Shown piece after piece: positions 1 through 6,800 of a DNA stretch of 7,284 nt (within the stretch, counting starts at the first letter, position 1; each line of letters opens with the position of its first letter). Origin of the DNA: Candidatus Iainarchaeum sp. (GTDB taxonomy: Archaea > Iainarchaeota > Iainarchaeia > Iainarchaeales > CSSED10-239); the NCBI GenBank assembly GCA_003559395.1, contig PWLL01000109.1, forward strand, positions 1 to 7,284. Direction: 5' to 3'. The notes under the pieces are model-generated. The model was not told the origin of the DNA, did no database searches, and saw only the letters and a list, made by a program, of their open reading frames with translations. The position numbers and the translations under genes are program-made.

Positions 1-2
1 AT

Positions 3-851
3 TTTTATAGAACAGATAACATATCATGTAATGATGATCCTGGTAGAGCAGATTGTTCTATTTTTTCAAATTATGGTTCTAAAAGCCATGGAGGTATTGG
101 TTCTGATAAAGTGATTATGTTACCAAAACCAAACTCTAGTGATATAATTGTAGAACATTTGTTAGATGGAAGTAGGCTTCCAAAAAAAATAACAATAGAA
201 GGCATTGATTTTGGTAATTCAGAAATTAAGATTGATGGATGTTATATAAACAATCTTAGTGATGAAAGCAAATCAATTTTTTCTGGGTTTTCTAATTTAA
301 CAATTTCTTCTGCAAATAATTATCATTTTTCAGATTCTGTTCAATGGAATGGTGAAGAAATAACAAATCCCGATCTTGTATTTTCTGAATCTGAAAATTG
401 TAACTTCTGTCACGCAACAGATCTAAAAGACCCTTTCTATAGAACAGACAAACCACTTTATATTTATTCAGATCTGAATGGTTATGTCTATGCTAGTATA
501 AGCTATGTAGATGAAGAAGATGAACTTCTTTATCGTGCAAAAGAAAATAACGAGAACATTCGTGAGATTCCTGGAGTTTGGGATGAAGATCTACAAATGT
601 ACAAATATGAGTTGTCTTATAATACATTAGAACCAGTTTGGGATTATTCAAAAGCTATGAATGGTTACACAAAAAATATTAATAGTAAAAGCCTTCCGTT
701 CTGGTATTCAAAAGACTATGGTCTTAGACAAGATGATAGATTGTTTTGTTATGGTCAAGAATACAGAGTTAAAGGATATATTAGAAATTACGGTGATGGC
801 GCTCAAATAAGATATTTTGATTTCCCATTTACTATATTGTTTGAAGACTAA
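3..851 (+). CDS. 5'-truncated CDS: C-terminal >=282 aa of a Cys-containing, probably secreted or surface hypothetical protein
   Basis: Frame 3 has no stop from nt 3 to TAA 849-851. The ORF track starts at GTG 111, but the 36 codons upstream are also open (FYRTDNISCNDDPGRADCSIFSNYGSKSHGGIGSDK...). My rough estimate is about a 5% chance of that in DNA this AT-rich. GGAGG at 90-94 lies 16 nt from GTG 111 and 22 nt from ATG 117, too far for a typical Shine-Dalgarno. The product has 6 Cys and several N-X-S/T sequons. Composition (N/D/E/S/Y/F-rich) matches the downstream giant protein. No family recognised. Confidence 0.7.
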   Translation, partial: FYRTDNISCNDDPGRADCSIFSNYGSKSHGGIGSDKVIMLPKPNSSDIIVEHLLDGSRLPKKITIEGIDFGNSEIKIDGCYINNLSDESKSIFSGFSNLTISSANNYHFSDSVQWNGEEITNPDLVFSESENCNFCHATDLKDPFYRTDKPLYIYSDLNGYVYASISYVDEEDELLYRAKENNENIREIPGVWDEDLQMYKYELSYNTLEPVWDYSKAMNGYTKNINSKSLPFWYSKDYGLRQDDRLFCYGQEYRVKGYIRNYGDGAQIRYFDFPFTILFED

Positions 852-858
852 ATATAAA

Positions 859-864
859 AAGGAA
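859..864 (+). promoter_or_regulatory. Possible Shine-Dalgarno-like ribosome-binding site (AAGGAA) for the giant ORF
   Basis: The AGGA core at 860-863 sits 6 nt upstream of ATG 870. It is only a 4-nt match to the GGAGG consensus in an A-rich spacer, so support is weak. Confidence 0.35.
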
Positions 865-869
865 TTATT

Positions 870-3800
870 ATGCAAAAAATAAAAAAAGAAATCCTAGAAA
901 AGATATATAATCTTAAAAAAAATAAAGATAGTAAGTCTGATATAAATAAATATCTAGAAGATAATAATCTTCCTAAAGAAGCAACAGAAGAAATAAACAA
1001 AATAGATCTTAAGAAAAATACGAAAAAGAAAACACTTGCAAAAATACAAAAAAACATACAAAAAAATTTTAAAAAAACACAAGATAAAAAACCAATACTT
1101 ACTTACATAAAAACGTTCTTTATTGGAATATATTTTTTCTTTGAAAATATTTACTATTCTTTACTTGAAAAAATAAATAAAATAATTCCTATTAACAAAA
1201 TAACTGACAAAATAGATGATGTTGTTCCAAGCTTTGTTATCTTTATTTTAGTTCTGGCTTTGTTAGTTTATTTATTGTTATTTGCAAACATCTTTGTTTC
1301 TGAATATAGCTTTAGTGTAAATGTTCAAGATGAGCTAGGAAATACTCTCCCAAACGCAAACGTTTCCTTATATAGAAACGAAGAATTGCTTATTCAAAAA
1401 ACAACAGACGCTTTTGGACTAACAGATTTTTATAATATAAGAGCAAGAACAGTAACTGTAGAAATAGAAAAAGAAAAATATATTCCTAAAACAGAAGAAG
1501 TAAGACTATCAAAAGATACTTCTTTTTTAGATTTTAGACTTTCTATTGATGGAGATTTTTATCTAGAAGAATATAATACTCCTGAAAGAATAAGAACCAT
1601 TTCTTTTATAACCACAAACGATCTCGTGATTACAGAAAAACTAAACACAAACTTTATTTGTTCAAACCCATCAGTCACACCAGAACCTTCTTCAAAACAA
1701 ATAACAAATGGACGTGTTGTTGTTACTGCACCTGAAAGATGTGGTGCCTTAAGATATAATGTTACCTCAAACAACTATGAAGACAAATCCAATCAGATAG
1801 TGCCAGATAATGATAAAATATTCTTAACTAAACTAACTTCTAAAGAAAACACACATGGAGAACTTTCTTTCAAAGTTAGAGATTTAAAAGGAGAGGCGAT
1901 AACAAATACTTCTTTAACAATCTATCAACAATCAAGACCAAGTATTGCGTTTAATAATGGAATTACAGACATCTATGGTAAACACGTGTTTGAAATAGCA
2001 GAAGGTGATTATTTATTTTCTGCATCTAAACAAGACTATATATCTGTACAAAAAACAGGGCCAGTAAGTGTTTATCCAAAAGAAGTAACTAAAAAAGAGG
2101 TTTTGTTATTAACAGCAAAAGAAATAGACGAGTTTGATTGTTCTGATTCATTATATAGTGATTTTTGTATTGGTAATCATATAGATTGTACTAATGAACT
2201 TCTTAAACCATATCTTTCTTTTGATAATGATTCCTGTCAACTAGGAATCTACAAATATATAGACGTTAGCTTAAGAGATCAAGAAACACACGAGACAGTT
2301 TTTGCGGATATAAAAATATATAGAAAACCAGAAGATAGTAATATCTTTCAAGCAACTGGTCTAGAAGCAATTGATGTTAATCGTTCTGTTTTTGATGTTA
2401 TTGAAGGTCCACAATATCAAGTAAGGGTTATGAACACAGAAGAAAAAGGATATTTACGACCAAAACCAATAACTATAGAAACCTTAGACACAAACATAAC
2501 TGTTGATCTTGAATTTTCTTCAGAACTAAACAGTGGTGATATAAATGTTACTGTCTTTAATGAGCATGGCTATACTGTCTATGGCTCATCAGTATATTTA
2601 TATTATGGAGACGGAGAACATAAAGATTCTCTTTTTAACGACACACCAAAAATAACACCAAACAATGGTTTAGTAAACTTTTCTACTATTCCTTCTCAAA
2701 ATAAATACTATGCCTTTGCAATCTCAAGTGATGGTTCTTTAGAAGGCCAATCAGAAACATACATGATAGATGCAAATGAAACAACTGATTTTTCTGTAAC
2801 TTTAAAAGATAGTCCAAAAGTTCTTAATTTTAAAGCCAACACTAATGATTATGATCTTATGTTTTTTAATAGTTTAGGAGAACCAATATTTTCATATATA
2901 GAAACAGATACAGAAAACACAGGTGAAAAAAGAATTGTTTTTACAGAACGTCAACTAGATAGTGTTTATGCGTTTGTTTCTTCTTCTGCGTATGCTGGTT
3001 ATTTAACAAACGAAATAAGACTTTCATATAACAGAGAAGCAAACAAAACAATTAATTTAAAAACAACAACAGCTTGTCCTTCTGCAGATATAGAATATTT
3101 AGGTTTGTTTAACAAAAATACAAATGAAAAAATCGATCAAATTGATTTTGATGAAAATGGTTTGGATAATGATAAATATGTGTTAAGATATGTTTTTCAT
3201 TCTTGTGGTGATACAGACAATGAATATGCTTTTGTTAGAACTGGAAACAAAACACATTCAGAAGATGATGCGTTATATATTGATTCTATAAATCACTTTC
3301 CTGTATTAGAAAACCTAAACACTTTTGGCACAAGGTTTGCTGGAGAGCTTATGGAATGGGATGAAGTTCATTTTATTAATAATTATGAACTAGATCATAG
3401 TCAAAGTAGTGATGTTTCAAAATGGGTTAAGATAGATTTTACTGATTTTAGTGATTTTGATGCTAGTACTTATGAGTTTTCTGTAAATATTAACTTTAAT
3501 GATATAGGTTCACAAGATGACTATGTTTCTTATTATAGAGCCTTTTCTGCAAAGAACGAGAATTATGCTTTTGACCCATACCCAAGCAACTTTAATCCAG
3601 ATACCTGGACTATTGAAAGACCAGATTGTTTTTTCTACGCACCTACTGAAGAAAAGACCATTGATTTTGATACAGAAAATATATATGATTTTTCAATTTA
3701 TGAGAAAGATAGTCTACGTTCCGTAAGAAAATCAGGTGGATCATATGTATTCTTTTTTTCTGAAGATGAGCCTGGAGAATATGTTTTTGATCTAAATATT

Positions 3801-6800
3801 CTTTATCTTATGAAAGATAAAGTTTCAACTTTTTATTTAGGTACAGAACAAACAAATGGAAACTTGTTATATAAAAACTACAACCTGTTTGGTTTTGAAG
3901 ATGCAGAACAAACTTCAAGAAGAGATACTGGTAAAAGAGAGTCTGCTTCTGGTTTTGTTTTTGAAGATTTAAAAGAAGAGTTTACTGTAGAAGATCTTTT
4001 TGCTAAGTTTGGTAAAAGTTATAATATAAGGTCTGATTTTAAAGTAAAAGACATATTTTCAACAACTACACAACCTAATATGGTTTATAATTTTTTTGAA
4101 GATGGAGTTAAAGAAATAAATATTAGGTCTTATTATGATGGAGAGTATCAAACAATTGTGGAAACAGAAGGTTATAACAATCAAATCTATTTTGGAGAAA
4201 ATAAAGTTACGTTTAGGGTTTTAAATAACGAAAATGAACCTGTAGAAAATGTTGAAATTAAAAGAACATCTCCTTCATCAACAAGTCCTTTATGTTGTAC
4301 AGATAAAGATGGAACATGTACAAAAGACATAACTATTGATAACCACATTATAGAAAATTTTGAACAAATTGAATTTTCCTTTACTTTAACAGATGTGGGT
4401 GCACATAATAATAAGATTGGAGTTGTTAGTAAAGATTTATTTTCTGGATTTAAGATCTTAGATTCTAATAAAGAAGAAATAGATTCAGAAAATAACCTTA
4501 TATATGACGTTGTTCTTTTACATAGTGGAAGTTATGTTGTTCAAAGTAATCTAACAGAACAAGAATATTATATACAAAACTTAACTTCAAAGAAAGGTTT
4601 GCTTGAAGAAATTATATTTAATAGCCATTCACAGCTCACCCAATTTTTAGATATAGACGAAATTTCTAGAGAACTAGAATCAAATGAAGGTAATTTAAAA
4701 AGTTTTTCTAATAATGATGGTTTAAATCTTATAACCGCTCCAATAATATTTAATCTAGAACAAATTCCTACTAGTGGTTTTGATTCAGAAAATAATTTTA
4801 GAAATGTGGTAAAACTAGAACTTGAAGAAATGCAAGATGTTGTTTTGTTATTAGATGCAGATGTGATTGTTAATGTTCTTAATCTTGATATTGGAACTGG
4901 TGCAAACTATACATCACATACATATGGAGTTTATGAAACTAGAGAAAAAACAATTGGTGTTGAACTAATAAAAAACGAACTTGAAGAAATTGATATAGAA
5001 TATAATCTAAAAAACAACTCAAGTGAAAAAATAGAAATAAAAAAGATTGTGCTAGAGATAGATCAGCCAATTATTAATAAAGAAAAAATAGACATTAGTT
5101 TAGCAGAAGATTTGTTTGGTCAAACACTAGATGTTGGTGAAGCAATAGACTTTAACATACCTATTGAAGCACATTCTTCAGGAAATACAAAAGTACAAAT
5201 AAAGATTGAGTTTGTTTTTGATCCAGAAGGAGTTGCTGAAGAGTTTAGTTTGCCAATCGTTTTAGATGTTGATGTTTATAATAAAGAGAATTTATTAAAC
5301 ATCAATGTAGAATCTTTTACAGAGAATCCTATAAACTGTAACAAAGGAAACTGTAAACTACAAGGAAATTATAAAATAACAAACAATACAAAATCACATT
5401 CTTTTAGTTTAGAAAATATTTCTTATGATGCAGAGGAGTTAAATAATTTGTTTGAAGATGTTAGTTTTGAAAGAAACACAATTGTTGATAAAAACTCATC
5501 TAAACAAGTTAGTTTTACTATAGATATTGATGCTGATAAAATTGATTTTGGAGAAATTTATGAAAATAAAGATATTGATATTGAATTTTTGTTTAATCAT
5601 TCAATAAAGAATATTGAAGATGTTTCTTTTAAAAGATCTCATAATTTTACAGTATTTAATTATGAAAATATTGAAGATGTTCCTTCAATAGAAGGAGAAC
5701 TTTGTATTGGTTATGGTGGACAAGAGATAGATGGCTCTTTTATTGTTATTGGTAATTGTGAAACAGAAGAAGAGGTTTGTCAAACAGGAGAATCTGCAGT
5801 TCCAAAGATTGTTTATGATTGGGCTGATAGAGACGAAATAAAAGACTGTGTTGTTGATGATCTGGATACAGATGCAAATCTATATTGTGACTCAACACAG
5901 ATGTTAATCAACATGTTTTATGAGATTGCAGATGGTTTTGATGATTTTTATATTGACTTGATGGGAGATAGAGTTTCTAATCGTATGTTTGAGGATTTTA
6001 TAGACTGTATGTTTAGTGAAGACCCAATTTGTGATGTTTTACCAATGTTACAAGCAACTATAAAAAAACTAAATCAAGAATTTAACGATTTTATTAAAGA
6101 TGAAGAAAAAACAATAAACCTATCTAGAAACAATTACGAGCCAGGCAGATATCTTGTAAGCTTCAATGACTTTAATTTAGATGATGATCCAGATGACCTT
6201 GAAATAACCATTACTTTAAGAAAAACTATGCCAACACGTGAAAGTAATCTTTTCTATTATCTCCCAATAAATTATCTTCTGCTTAATTATGAAAATAGAG
6301 ATTATGGTTTTGATATTGGTGGTGTTTTTGGCGAGTTGATGCTAGACCCTCTTAATGGAGATACACATGTTATTAACAATCAAATAGATTCTTCTGTTGA
6401 TGATGAAAGTAATGTGCCTGTACTAAATCTAGAAGTATTTACTAACAATCTTGAAAGAGCAATAACAAGAAAAAACAACATATTATCAATTACTAAAAAT
6501 AGAGGCGAAAACCAAGATATATACAATTTTTCATATGTTCCTACGATTCCATCTATTGTTTATGCAAAATCTTCTTGTGTAGATACAAGTGATCTAGAAT
6601 ATGTTTTAGTAAATCCAGAAGAGCAAGTAGAAACAATTAATAAAGATAGCTTCTTAACCTGGACGCTAAATAACGAAGAAATAGATGATCAAAAACAAAT
6701 AGATAAGATGGGTGTTTATACAAACCACGTTTTAAAAATATCTTCAGATAGTATTCAAAATAAGCTATTAAAAACAAACGTTTATTTGCCAAAAGACTTT

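Noticed and set aside
90-119. GGAGG at 90-94 as the RBS for a start at GTG 111 or ATG 117
   Set aside because: The spacing is 16 and 22 nt, outside the usual 5-10 nt. The frame stays open to the window edge, and GGAGG reads in frame as Gly-Gly. I treat the gene as 5'-truncated, though an internal start cannot be fully excluded.
849-872. Upstream gene and giant ORF as one gene split by a stop (read-through, recoding or pseudogene), since both are in frame 3
   Set aside because: Two in-frame TAA codons (849-851 and 855-857) separate them. The giant ORF also has its own ATG with an AGGA 6 nt upstream. Two separate genes is the simpler reading.
848-1057. 69-aa ORF on the minus strand (MFFCIFASVFFFVFFLRS...)
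   Set aside because: It is the antisense image of the Lys-rich AAA-codon region, read as TTT/Phe. It is low-complexity, overlaps the well-supported start of the giant ORF and has no independent start or RBS support.
1559-1774. 71-aa ORF on the minus strand
   Set aside because: It lies wholly inside the giant + strand ORF within a recognisable beta-sandwich domain. It is short, has no recognisable features and is most simply a chance antisense frame.
3517-3726. 69-aa ORF in an alternative + strand frame
   Set aside because: It is nested out of frame inside the giant ORF. I see no slippery site or structure suggesting frameshifting, and its composition looks like off-frame noise.
4818-4990. 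14-nt direct repeat GAACTTGAAGAAAT at 4818-4831 and 4977-4990 (in frame, encoding ELEE)
   Set aside because: It is a short purine-rich word made of the most favoured Glu and Leu codons. At this composition one such repeat in 7 kb is plausible by chance, and the flanks do not match.
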